This document shows, one piece after another, positions 40,648 to 53,363 of a DNA stretch of 64,000 nucleotides. How positions within the stretch are numbered: position 1 is the stretch's first letter; each line of letters starts with the position of its first letter. Source of the DNA: Octopus sinensis (lineage: Eukaryota); contig NC_043000.1 of NCBI RefSeq assembly GCF_006345805.1, forward strand, positions 8,928,001 to 8,992,000, given 5' to 3'. The notes beneath the pieces are model-generated. The model ran no database searches, had not been told where the DNA came from, and was given only the letters and a program-made list of their open reading frames with translations. The position numbers were made by a program, and so were the translations under genes.

Positions 40648-40675
40648 ACTAATCCATTCTTGTTGCTTCTTTCTC

Positions 40676-40756
<81 letters not shown>

Positions 40757-40977
40757 CTGATGTAGGATAAATTTTATCCTACATTAGTTATAAATTGAAT
40801 AGTGTTCACTTCCGGATTCTGTCACTCTGTGAAAGTTTCTAGTTCGAATCACACGTGTCTCGAGATGAGCCGAAGATTTTCTATTTTGGATATATTTGGG
40901 GTACTTAGGTCTGCTAAGGACTTGGTGTTTGCTTTTTCCATGGGTTTGAGTAAGTATTTCACTTATATCTCAAGTAT

Positions 40978-41036
40978 TTGCCGCTGAAGAGGGGAATTTT
41001 CTATGAATTAACCCCGAAATTAGACCAATACGGTGA
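40978..41036 (+). ncRNA. Type-I hammerhead ribozyme, canonical core
   Basis: TTGCCG-CTGAAGA-GGGG..CCCC-GAAA-TT-AGACC-AA-TA^CGGTGA; AUA triplet, predicted cleavage after 41030; weak stem III. Confidence 0.8.
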
Positions 41037-41162
41037 TAACGAATTTTTTAGAAATTTCTATCGGTTCGTTTCGAGACGCATAAATTATAATGGTTATTTG
41101 ACAACTTTTGTCTTTCTTTCGGCATATTTGGCATTAGAACTTTTCTTTTGTCCTTATTTTGT

Positions 41163-41251
<89 letters not shown>

Positions 41252-41495
41252 TACCCTCGAAACGCGGAACAGGGCCAACTGAAGAAGGGGAATATTCCTT
41301 GTGTTGTATGTCTTGTACTCTGTTTTTTCGTTGTTTGAAAAAAAGTTCGTTTCCATGTTTTTGTTTTTATGTTTTCGTTTGTCATTGCGTTCAAGGTTTT
41401 TTTGATGTCCTGTACCAATATATATATGTATATATACATATACATGTAGGTATGTACATATATTTATGTATATATGCATATATTTATATATTATT

Positions 41496-41572
<77 letters not shown>

Positions 41573-42291
41573 GTGAAATAGAAAGATGAATAATCTTGTA
41601 GGAGATTAATCAAAAATTTAACCGATACCTTAGTAGCAAAAATCACAGCAGTAAACAGCACGGTTGGAGGTACAACCATATGGCGTTGCAACCGTGCGTT
41701 GGTGCGGATAATTGAAATTAAAAGGCCGGATGGTAAACGGGCTCTTACAGTCGGCTTTTCGATGCCCCCATTGGCGGCGTTACACTTATCTGGCTTTTAA
41801 ATAGCGTTTATAAATAATACCGGCACCCATAGCCCTTGGTAACAAATTCTGAAATAGCCTTTAAGATATCTACGATTAACCACTGCAAGGGGAATTACTA
41901 CTGTAAGACAAACGGGGCTTGGTTTTTTCACAGCGGGGGGTTTCCTTGACAAGGCAGGCTTAGATGAACACACACACACATAAAACATAATATATATATA
42001 TTTTTTCTTTCTGCCACCCAACGGTTATCACGGCAGTAGCCACTGACAGCCGAACGATCAAACGCACACACGTACACAAAAAATGTTTTCTACCCCTACG
42101 CCAACACACACATATATAGAACAGTATACACACACACACGTCTCTAAGTAGATTTTTTCTCGCCCCTTATAAAACATCCAATATTCCTAAATAGTCAGAA
42201 CTTTATTCTCGGTCACAAAGAACATCTATACACCCTCACCCACATGATTGACCGATGCCTGACCCGTTGAATTCTTCAGCCACCGGTTCTC

Positions 42292-42339
42292 AACATACAC
42301 TGATAAACAGTTTCGCCATGGGCTCTTAGGAGCATAGTT
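42292..42339 (-). ncRNA. Decayed type-I hammerhead
   Basis: Minus strand AACTATGCT-CCTAAGA-GCC-CAT-GGC-GAAAC-TGTTT-ATC^AGTGTATGTT; 9-bp bulged stem I, two core substitutions. Confidence 0.55.
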
Positions 42340-42535
42340 CGATTTGTTTTTGCTCCGCCTCTGTTCTGTTTTTGTTTTTCCAACGGATTTCCTTTTTTCT
42401 TCCTGAAGAGAAAGACACAATATGGTCCCATTATTCAATCGGATTTTGGTAATTTGTGCCTTTCGAAACACGTGTAGAATGAAATAAAACGATTTCTGTT
42501 CAATCTGCGTTCAGCTCCATTTCTTCAATTCACCA

Positions 42536-42582
<47 letters not shown>

Positions 42583-42583
<1 letters not shown>

Positions 42584-42740
42584 CGACGGGCTTCTTTCAG
42601 TTTCTGTCTACCAAATCCACAAGGTTTTGGTCAGCCCGAGGCTATAGTAGAAGACACTTGACCAAGGTGCCACGCAGTGGGACTGAACCCGGAACTGTAT
42701 GGTTGGTTAGCAAGCTACTTACCACACAGCCACTCCTGCG
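42583..42740 (-). mobile_element. SINE family B, 5' half
   Basis: Reverse complement of the family B head. Confidence 0.88.
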
Positions 42741-43391
42741 TCTATTACTCTACATTCTTGTATCGAGTTCTTTGTTTTCCATGATAGTTTACTGTTGAGT
42801 ATTATTTCCTTTGTAAATGTGTGAGTTTATACATACATACATACATACATACATACATACATACATAAATACATACATACATACATACATACGTATATAC
42901 ATACATTTACATATATATATATGTGTGTGTGAGTGTGTGTATATATATATGTATGAGTGTCTGTGTGTGCGTGTATATATATATATACATATATATACAA
43001 ATTATTTATTTGGATGCACGTACACGTATTTGGTGAGCTCACGTATATTTAAATATGATGCGTATATGCGTTTGTGTGTTTGTATCTATGTATGTATATA
43101 AGTACGCGCACGCGTGTATACCACTTTTGTAATAAAGATTCATTTCTTTATATTATATTATATTACCGTCGACGCATATAACTTCCATCTTGAAAATAAT
43201 ACTTCAGAAATAACTGTTAGCCTCAGGTAAGTGCTTCCTTCTTTCAATGTTTTGTTGTTGTTGTTGTTGTTCTTCTTCTTCTTCTCCTTTAACTCCTTCT
43301 CCTTATTATTATTACTATTATTATTATTATTATTATTATTACTATTACTATTACTATTACTATTACTATTATTATTATTATTATTATTATT

Positions 43392-46217
43392 CAGTAGTAT
43401 ATTTTTTATAGCGTACTTTCACTTCACTACCGAGCGCAGCTCTGTGTGCCTTGGGTATGTGCTGTGATTTGTTGTGACGCTCTGATGGTTATTGTATGGA
43501 AAGTGTTCTGCGTAGGATGTGTGCAGTGCTTAGTAGTGCAATTTTCTGTATGTTATATGTGTTTGTAAGTCCTGGTGTTTTTGTTATGTATTTGTCTGAA
43601 TATATTTTTATCATGCCTAATGCACCTACTATGATAGGAATTGTTTCTGTTTTTAGATTCCACATTCTGGTTACCTCTATTTCTAGGTCTTTGTATTTTG
43701 AAAGTTTCTCCATTTCTTTTAGAGAAACGTTGTCATCCGCTGGTATTGATACATCAATTAGAAAACATTTTTTTTCTTCATGATCTCTGACAACTATATC
43801 TGGTCTGTTGGCCTTAATTTCTCTATCTGTGTGTATTGGCATATCCCAGAGTATGGTTGCTTTCTCGTTTTCTGTGACCATTTCTGGTGTGTGCCTATAC
43901 CATCTTTTTTCTGTTGTTATTCCATAATGTTGGCATAGTTTCCAGTGTATATAGGTCCCAACTCTGTGGTGTCTGTGAATATATTCCTTCTTAGCCAGGA
44001 CTGGGCAGCCAGAGATAATATGATTTATTGTTTCTTGTCCATCTCCACATATTCTGCAGTTACTTGTTATATTTCTTTTCATTACATGCTTTTGGTCATT
44101 TCTGGTGGGGAGGCATTGGTCTTGTGCTGCAATTAAAAATCCTTCTGTCTCTGCTTTGAGTCCTGAGCTTCTCAACCATTGTTGGGATTTTTCTTTGTCT
44201 GTTTCTTTTGCATTTAGTTTAGTCCAGTATTTACCATGAAGGGGCTTTTCTTGTCATCGTTTTATCATGGTTCTTTGCTGTTCTATTTTTAGTTTGGATT
44301 TCATTTGTTTTATAGCTTTTGTTGTTTCTTCATCTTCTTCTTCTTCATATTTGTTAGGTGGTATGATTTCTTGTTTGTATTTGTCAGCTTCCTTAAATAC
44401 TGAGAACAGTTTTTATTTTTGCTCGTGTTTTGCCACTATTTGTATGTTTTCCTTCCTACTGAAGTAGATATTTTTGCAGTGCTATGGTGGTTATTTTATA
44501 GTAGTTTTCAAGCTGTATAAGGCTTCTACCACCATCTATACGTTGTATATATAGCCTTTCTATGTCAGATTTTGGGTGATGCATCCTAGATCCTGTCATT
44601 TTTCTTCTTGTTTTCCTATCTATTTTGGTCAGTTCATTTAGTGTCCAGTTAAGGATATTGTAGCTGTAACTTATAACTGGGACGGCTAAAGTGTTGATAC
44701 CTATTATCTTATTTTTAGCATTGAGCTCTGTTTTCAGTATTGATCTAACTCGTCTATAATATTCTTTTTTTATTTTCTCTTTCATTTGTGTGTGTTGTGT
44801 CTTATCTAGTTCATGGATTCCTAAGTATTTGTAAGTTTGGCTTTGGTCTAATTCTTTTATTTCATTGGTTTTATCTAGTGTGATGTTGCTACTCTTAACT
44901 AGTTTTCCTCTTTTCAGGGTTACTTTGGCGCATTTTTCTAATCCAAATTCCATATCTATTTCTTTGGTAAATCCATGAACTGTCTTTAGTTTCCAGCTGT
45001 TTGTCATTTGCAGCGTATAGTTTTAGGTCATCCATATATAAAAGGTGGCTGATCGTTTTGACGTAACATTTATATCCGCATCCAGTTCTATTTAGCATAT
45101 CAGATAGAGGTGACAGTGCCAAGCAGAAAAGGAGTGGAGAGAGCGTGTCTCCCTGGAATATTCCTCTTCTAATGGGGATGCCTTTGGTTTTCATGAGTCC
45201 CTCTTTTGCTTGGAGCTGTAGCTCTGTTTGCCATTTATTCATAGAGTGTCTTATGTACTTTATAATTGTTGTTGGTGCAACTTTGTTCATGGCTAGTGTT
45301 TCAAGAATCCATGTGTGGGGGATGCTATCAAATGCCTTTTTGTAGTCGATCCAAGCCATACTGAGGCCTTTCTTCTTTCTGTGGCTGTCTTCAGTTATGG
45401 CTTTATTGATCATTAGTTGATCTTTACAGCCGTATGAGCCTTTGCGGCATCCTTTCTGCTCTTCTGGGAACAGGTTGTTTTCGTCCAGGTGCTTGTTCAA
45501 CCTTTGCGATATCACTGCAGTAAATGCATTGTACATCGTAGGGAGACAGGTTATTGGTCTGTAGTTTTCTGGTTTTGCTGTCTCATTTGATTTGGGAATT
45601 AAGATGGTTTTCCCCTTCGTGAGCCATTCAGGCATTGTCTCTGACTCTGCCAGTATGTTGTTAAAATTTTCAGCCAGCTTTTTGTGCATTCCTGTTAGAT
45701 ATTTCAACCAGAAGTTGGGGATCTTGTCATGCCCAGGTGCCTTCCAGTTGCTTAGTCTTTGCAGTGCCTGGGTGACCTCTTCAGTTGTTATGGGGGTCCA
45801 AAGTTGCTCAGATGCAGAGTTTGTTGTTTTAATACTCCTTTTTTTTTTTGGTTGTTCGTTCGCCGACCATATTTCTCTCCAGAATTCTTCCACTTCTTCT
45901 GCCGTTGGTGCTGCAGTGATTTCTATTTTATTTTTGCCAAGTTCTTGATAGAGCTTTTTGGGGTTGGAGTTGAACTGTTTGTTTTGTTCAAAGAAACATT
46001 GGCGTTTCTCGTACCGGCGGATCCTTTGTGCTTTGGCAAGGATATCTTGCTTTAGCTTTTCTTTTATCTCAGGTAAATCTTTTTCCGTGGTGTTGTTTTT
46101 GCGGAGTATTTTTGTTTTCTTTTTGTTGCTCAGTAGCGTTGATTGTCTACTGATTTCATTAAGAATCGACAGATCTTTTCTCATTTTTTGTATTTTGTTT
46201 TGGATCCACAGGGTTTG

Positions 46218-46221
<4 letters not shown>
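43392..46221 (-). mobile_element. 5'-truncated R4/Dong-type non-LTR retrotransposon (RT + CCHC + restriction-like endonuclease) in (TAA)n
   Basis: RT: NYRPITCL, WIDYKKAFDS, GIFQGDTLSPLLF, LYMDDLKLY; CRICGDGQETINHIISGC knuckle; RPDIVV..LIDVSIP..K..KY; broken by a frameshift and stops; TAA repeats on both sides. Confidence 0.93.
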
Positions 46222-46256
<35 letters not shown>

Positions 46257-46257
46257 A

Positions 46258-46791
46258 GATGTACCAGGCACTGGTTCTCTAATGGCTTCTGATCTAAACT
46301 GATTGGAAGTGTTATCATCTACATGTTTTGTCTTGGTATAAAAGATGGGCTACAGCAAATATTCTGCTCAATACCACAGATTTGCTTGTCAGTTGTTTGA
46401 CCTTAACCAGTTGAACATGTCCCTTAGTGGCTGACGATATGTGCATCTCTGATCACGAGCAGAAGTAGTGGGGGAGCATCATAGCCATGTGTTGAGAGGA
46501 ATTCATTGGGGTTTGGATAATTCATCTCAAGAAACATGGGTGTTCTGTTCAACATCTTTAAACAACCCTTATTCAGGGACCTTTTGAGCGGGATGAGCTA
46601 CACGACTTGACAAAAATTCTAACTGGGCCCCACCTGCAAGATCATGCACTGCTTGTCTTGATATGAGATCGCCATGTCGCGCACATGTGGTTGTGATGCA
46701 TGTGCATGGGGTACTCTTATCAGATGGGTATACTGGGCTTTGTATATTTTATCCCAGTGTCACTTTGATGGCATGCACTGCGCTTTCACTC
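46258..46791 (+). mobile_element. Second copy of the ~550-bp (AAT)n-associated element
   Basis: Collinear with 887-1439. Confidence 0.88.
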
Positions 46792-46824
46792 AATAATAAT
46801 AATAATAATAATAATGATAATAAT

Positions 46825-47240
46825 CTTTTCTACTATAGTTGCATGTCCTGAAATTTGAGGGTAGGGGTCTAGCGGATTTCATCGATGCCAATGCTCAGCT
46901 GGTACTCATTTTATTGACCCTGAAAAGATAAGCAAAGTTGACCTCGGCGGAATTTGAACTCAGAACGTAAGGACGGTCCGCTAAGCATTTTGCCCGGGGT
47001 ACTAACGATTCTGCCAGCTCACTGCCTTAATAATAATAATAATAATCCTTTCTACTGGAGGCACAAGGCCTCAAATTTGGTGAGAGGGGACTAGTCGATT
47101 ACATCGGCCCCAGTGTTTCACTGGTACTTAATTTATCGACCTCGAAAGGATAAAAGGCAAAGTCGACCTGGACAGAATTTGAACTCAGAACGTACAGGAT
47201 AGACGAAATGCTGCCAAGCATTTTTGCCAGTTCACCGCCA
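46825..47240 (-). mobile_element. Two tandem SINE family A copies separated by (AAT)n
   Basis: Family A core twice. Confidence 0.85.
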
Positions 47241-47885
47241 TAATAATAATAATGGTATTGGTGATAATAATAATAATGGTATTGGTGATAACGATAATAC
47301 TAATAAAAGCAATCATTCGACCGTTGTAAGACTCGTAGTCGTTTTATATGCGAATGTTTCATTTATTTTCCTAACGTTGCTTTATTGCCAGATTGGCTGT
47401 TTGTAACATGCTTTCACTTCATTAACAGATAACCTTACATCGCTTACATGTATAACCTAACGTTGTTCTTGTAAACATTCATAACAAAGCTAGATTAAAT
47501 TAACCCCAAGCCATTTACATTTCTCTCATCTGTATACAGAAGCTGCAGTATTAGTATAATCAATGCACATTCTTCATGTTTTGATCGAAATCACTCATAA
47601 AACATAAACAAGCAATAATTGCATATCTAGTGCGTAGCAAACACTGGAGCATTGGTGGGTAGCAAAACTCCTGGAGAACTGAGTAACTCAGGTTCAATTT
47701 TACCTGGTTTAATTAGGTTTCTTTGGAAAGTCACGACCCCGTGAAATACCAAATATCCACAGAACGCGTCCTCAACATTTGCTGCCCCTTTGTTAGCACG
47801 TGACGCAACGGAACACAAAAGGCCAGGATAACAGCCAATTGTGTACACACACACATATCTATATATATATAATTCTTTTTTTTTT

Positions 47886-48234
47886 ATTTACTTGTTTCAG
47901 TCATTTGACTGCGGCCATGCTGGAGCACTGCCTGTAGTCGAGGAAATCGATCCCAGGACTTATTCTTTGTAAGCCTAGTACTTATTCTATCGGTCTCTTT
48001 TGCTGAACCGCTAAGTTACGGGGAGGTAAACACACCAGCATTGGTTGTCAAGTGATGTAGGAGGGACAAACACACACACACATATATATACATATATACG
48101 TCGAGCTTCTTTCAGTTTCCGTCTACCAAATCCACTTACAAGGATTTGGTCGGCCCGAGGTTATAGTTGAAGACACTTGCCCAAGGTACCACGCAGTGGG
48201 ACTGAACCCGGAACCATACAGCCACTCTTGCGCC
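47886..48234 (-). mobile_element. SINE family B
   Basis: Collinear with 36258-36661. Confidence 0.9.
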
Positions 48235-48464
48235 TATACATATATATAGTGGTTGTCTACTCCTTTTGCAGAATCTTACCGCCTCTTGTACACCTTAGTT
48301 CCATCATGGCGTCTGATGCGGCTTTTTAAACCAGACAATGTATTGAAAAGACACCCTCATTGACTGCATATCCGATTTGGACCACCAAAAGCTGCAGTTA
48401 AGTCCTGATCTTTGCGGGTCTTAAAATGTCTTTTGCAGCCTCCGTTAGATTTCCTGACCATATA

Positions 48465-48680
48465 CAAAAGGGTGATGAAAAGTTTCCTGGATTTGGATAA
48501 AAGAAAATATAGGAAGATCAGTTAACTATGATTTTTTTCAACATATTCCCCTCTCAGATTCACACTTATTGCAGCGGTCCTTCAGTTTTTCTAAACCCTG
48601 TAAAAGAACTCGGGATGTTGGGCCTCCAACCAGGTCTTTCACGGTACCCTAAAAGCCAGGAACTTTTCAGCACTCCCTCG
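48465..48680. mobile_element. mariner-type MITE
   Basis: TA|CAAAAGGGTGATGAAAAGTTTCCTGG...CCAGGAACTTTTCAGCACTCCCTCG|TA imperfect TIRs. Confidence 0.72.
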
Positions 48681-48716
48681 TATAAATCTCTCTCTATATA
48701 TATATACACATAATAG

Positions 48717-49405
48717 TTTCTACAACTGGATGCCCTTTCTAATGCCAACCACTCCGAGTGTGTTGAGGGTGCTTTTTACGTGCCACCGGCACGGGGGCCA
48801 GTTAGGCGGTACTGGCAATGACCTCACTCGAATCTTTACACATGCCACCAGCACAGGTGCCAGTAAGGCGACACTGGTAATCATCATGCTTGAATGGTGC
48901 CCTTTTATGTGCCAATGGCACGGAAGCCAGTTAGCCGCTCTGGCAACGATCACGCTCGGATGGTGCTCTTGGCACCCTACAAGCACAGGCACCAAGTACC
49001 AGTAAGGCGACGCTGGTAACGTTCACACTCGAGTGGTGCCTTTTTATGTGCCATTGGCACGGAAGCTGGTTAGCCGCTCTGTCAACGATCACACTCGTAT
49101 GGTGCTCTTTGCACCCCGCTAGTACGGATGCCAGTCATCAAATTTTATTTTGATTTTGATTTCACTTGCCTCAACAGGTCTGCGCAAGCAGAATTTAGTG
49201 TCCAAAGAAGGAAAAGGTATGCCACGAGGTTATGGTCTCATTTGGCTTGCCGGGTCTTCTCAAGCACAGCATATTTCCATAAGTCTCGGTCACTAGTCAT
49301 TTCCTTGGTGAGGCCTAAAGTTCGAAGGTCGTGCTTCACCACTTCATCCCAGGTCTTCCTGGGTCTACCTCTTCCACAGGTTCCCTCAACCACTAGGGTG
49401 TGGCA
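48717..49405 (-). mobile_element. RTE-type LINE 3' end with internally repeated 3'UTR
   Basis: Minus strand VEGTCGRGRPRKTWDEVVKHDLRTLGLTKEMTSDRDLWKYAV..*; ~130-bp UTR repeat; same UTR segment at 61725-61970. Confidence 0.85.
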
Positions 49406-49894
49406 CAAATGTAAGAAATTTTGTGAGAAACCTTGTTATCAATATGCAAGCATACAAGAAAAACAAATTGAAGTACAACAATGGTAAAGCAAAAAATAAG
49501 GGAAAGAGAGAGATAAAGGAAAGTTGTATAGAAAAATAGAATGCACTTTATTCACAATGTGGAATATGTTACAGTGTTGGTCCATAGTAGTTGGTTTGTA
49601 GCTTACATGCTTGAATTTCACATATTGACCATTTTAGTATATGATTGTTAAAAATTCAACATGAAAATCATAGTAAATTTACAAAAAAGAAAAAAGTTGC
49701 ATTTACTTTGCCATTCTATGGAACCAACAGAATTTAAGAAAAAAAAAGTCAATTTTTCCCTTTTTCTTTTCACATTTTTTTCATTTTTTTTTTTAATATA
49801 ATTTGAATGATTTTTTTTTAATGTCAGAAAATTAGAATAATAATAAAATTAATAATATTGAATTAATGATAAATATATTAAAATCAATAATTGT

Positions 49895-50431
49895 TTCTAA
49901 CAGTTGAAGAGCCAGAAACTTTTTGTTTTTTATATGGCAGCAGTTGGTCAGTTAAACCAACCCTAGTACTTGACTGATACTTTATTTCAACAGCTCCAAA
50001 GAGATGAAGGGCAAAGTTGACCTTGGCAGGACTTGAATTCAGAACTTAGAGTAACACAACTTAAATACCACAAGGAATTATGTCTGAAGCTCTAATGAAT
50101 TCTGCCAATCCTCTGCCCTAATATTAAAAAAAAAATTATTATAATATCCTATAATATATTTATTGAAAGAAAAACATTTCTTGACATAGTAAAGTGGCGC
50201 AAGGCCTTGGCTTTAAAGGACCAAAAAAATAAATAACATAAAGATTGAATTTATGAAACATTCATGCCTTTCCTTAGGGGTGTATTAGCTGGATAAGGAA
50301 AGTGAATTCAATCAGCTTCAGTCGGGGAGCAGCACAAACCAAACTTGTAAATTCAGCTTGCTAGAAGCTTACCTTTTATTCTGTGAAGCACACCATTGAA
50401 AATTAAGTGGAAATAAATAAACTATACATCA

Positions 50432-50475
<44 letters not shown>

Positions 50476-51691
50476 TGTTTATAATGTCGGCACAAGGCCA
50501 CAAACTTTGGTGGGGTGAGTGTAGTTGATTATATCAAGTTCAGTATACTTGACAGGTATATTATTTCATTAGAAATGAAAAGGCAAAGTCAAACACACTG
50601 GAACATAAAAGAGATCTAATTAAACACCACAAGGCATTATGTCCGGCATTGTTTCTGTCATTAACTACCACCACCACTACAATAATAATCCTTTCTACTA
50701 TAGGCACAAGGCCTGAAATATTTTGCGAAGGGGGCTAGTCGATTACAGTGAGTCCAGTGTGTAACTGATACTTAATTTATCAACCCCAAAAGGATGAAAG
50801 GCCAAGTTGACCTTGGCGGAATTTGAACTCAGAACAAAAGGACAAATGGAATGCCACTAAGCATTTCACCCAGCATGCTAACGATTCTGCTAGCTCGCCG
50901 CCTTTAAAAAAATCCTATGGTCAGGAAAATTTGAAGGATGCCCATGAGACTTGAAAGTATACAATAATAATAATAATGGGTCTCAAATTTGGCACAAGGC
51001 CAGCAAATTTGTAGGGAAAGGACCAAGTCGATTACAATAACCCCAGTGTACAACTGGTACTTGTCTTAACAACCCTGGAAGGATGAAAGGCAAAGTTGAC
51101 CTTGATGGAACTTGAACTCAGAATGTATAGACAGTCAAAATGCTTGACAGCATTTCGTCCAGTGCAATAATGATTCTGCTAGCTCACCACTTTAATGATG
51201 ATGATGAGGAGGATGAGGATGATGATGATGATGATGATAACAATAATAATAGTTTCTTATGTTGAAACAGGGTTTGAAATTTGAGGTGAGGAAAGGGTCA
51301 ATTGCATCAATTCCAGTACTTGTCTGGTACTTTACTTTATCGACCCAAGCAACGTAAATTTTACATCAGCAGGACTTGAACTAGGAACATAAAGGTCTAG
51401 AACACTGCAAGGCATTTGTTGGTGCTCAAATGTTTCTGGCAATCTATCACTGCGATAATGATAATAAATATTTCCAGCATAGGCACAAGGCCTGTAATTT
51501 GGGAGGGGGGGGTACTTTGATACTGTCAACCCCAATACTTGACTGGTGCCTTATTTTATCAAGCCAAGAGGGATGAAAGAGAAACCTGAATGAGATTTGA
51601 ACTCCTGATGCCCAATGGTGCAAAGAGCCAGAAGATATGCCACTAGGTATTCTGTCCGATTCTTCAACAATTCTGCCAAATCTGTTGTCCC

Positions 51692-51734
<43 letters not shown>

Positions 51735-51964
51735 GATTCAAATTTTGACACAAGGCCAGCAAGTTTTTTGGGGGGTAAGTCGATTACCTCGAACCCAGTG
51801 CTCAACTGGTACGTATTTCATCGACCCCCAAGAGGATGAAAGGCAAAGTCGACTTCGGCAGTATTTGAACACAGAACCTAAAGGCAGACGAAATGCCACT
51901 AGGCATCTTGCCTGGTGTGTTAATGATTCTGCCAGCACACTGCCTTAATAATAATAATAATAAT

Positions 51965-52024
<60 letters not shown>

Positions 52025-53363
52025 GTCTTTCAGATTTTGAGGAGAGAGTCAAGTTGATTACATCAATCCCTAGAGCTTGGCTCATACTTTATTTTATCAA
52101 TATCAAAAGAATGAACTGCAAAGTTGACCTTGGCAAGATTTGAACTCGGAACATAAAGAGCCAGAAGAAATGCAACTGATCATTTTGTCCAACATGTTAA
52201 TGATTCAGCCAACTCACCACCATAAGAAAAATAATAATAATAACATTAATAATTGCATGCATACTGTATAAATTAGTCTGTCTGAAGTCCTTGCTGTGAC
52301 TTGACAGAGAGTACAAAGCCCTGGTAGACACAATATCTTCAATCCACATCACAATATTGGATACTGTGATGTCTTCACTAATAACAGTAATAATTCTAGT
52401 TTTGGTACAAAGCCAGCAATTTTGAGGGGGGAAACTTTGACCTTAAAAGATGAAAGGCAAATTTAACCTCAGCAGGATTTGAATGTAAACAGCAGAAAGA
52501 AATAACACAAAGCCTTACTTTTTTTCTAATGATGTTGCAAAGCCACTCCATTATATTTCTGGTAGGGAGAGGCCAGCCAATTATATATGACTCATAGAAT
52601 CTACCCTGAATTACTTAATTTTATTGATGGCTCTGATAGGATGATCCTTGCGATGAATTTGAACTCAGAAATAAAAGCATGAAACTAATTTACTGCAAGA
52701 CATTTTACTCCAGATCTCTACCACATCCACTGCAATATTATTATTATTATTAATAATAATAATAATAACCCTTTCTACTCTAGGCACAAGGCCTGAAATG
52801 TATGGGGAGGGGGAAAGTTGATTACATCGACCTCCATGCTCAACTGATACTTATTTTATTGACCCTGAAAGGATGAAAGGCAGGCGGAGTTTGAACTCAG
52901 AATGATGTTAGCCGTTTTGCTCAGCATGCTTACAATTCTGTCAGCTTGCCAATAATAATAATAATGATAATAATAGTAATAGTGGTTTCAAATTTGGCAT
53001 GAGGCCAGCAATTTCAGAGGAGTGTGTAGGTCGATGACATCAGCCCCAGTGCTTGACTGGTACTTATTTTATCAACCCTGAAAGGATAAAAAGGCAAAGT
53101 TGACCCCCAACAGTATTTTGAACTTGAGAACGTAAAGACAAATATTAATAATTCCTAACATAGGCACAAAACCAGAAATTAAGAGTGGAAAGGGCTGATT
53201 ATATCAGACTCAGTACTTGATTGGTATGTTATTGTTGACCCTGGAAGGGTGAAAGGCAAAAATAGACCTCCAAAGGATTTGAACTCAGAATGCAAAGAGC
53301 CACAACTAAATACTGCAAAGTGTTTTGTTGAGTACTCAATCAATTCTGCCAATCCACTGCCTT
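49895..53363 (-). mobile_element. Array of ~13 co-oriented, diverged SINE family A copies, mostly separated by short (AAT)n
   Basis: Repeated GGCACAAGGCC..GATTA..GGATGAAAGGCAAAGT..GAACTCAGAA..ATTCTGC blocks. Confidence 0.85.

Larger units (their letters stand above)
38352..40677 (+). mobile_element. Penelope-like element 3' part: GIY-YIG ORF, ~1.45-kb trailer, terminal hammerhead, ending in (TA)n
   Basis: ORF motifs, hammerhead at 40557-40647 and (TA)n starting ~30 bp later; that the whole trailer belongs to one element is inferred. Confidence 0.75.

Noticed and set aside
41251-41300. CGAAACGCG...CTGAAGAAGGGG partial hammerhead
   Set aside because: No NUH triplet or stem I; at most a truncated remnant.
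46222-46271. N-terminus MPGTSYNNNN of ORF 44895..46271
   Set aside because: Read-through from the neighbouring element and TAA tract; not part of the RT protein.
47780-47845. CACGTGACGCAA and CCAAT promoter-like cluster
   Set aside because: Short motifs with no associated gene start; not distinguishable from chance.
49895-53363. SINE family A mobilised by the Dong/R4 element
   Set aside because: The SINE tail is (ATT)n on its own strand whereas the LINE tail is (AAT)n, and no shared 3' sequence was seen.
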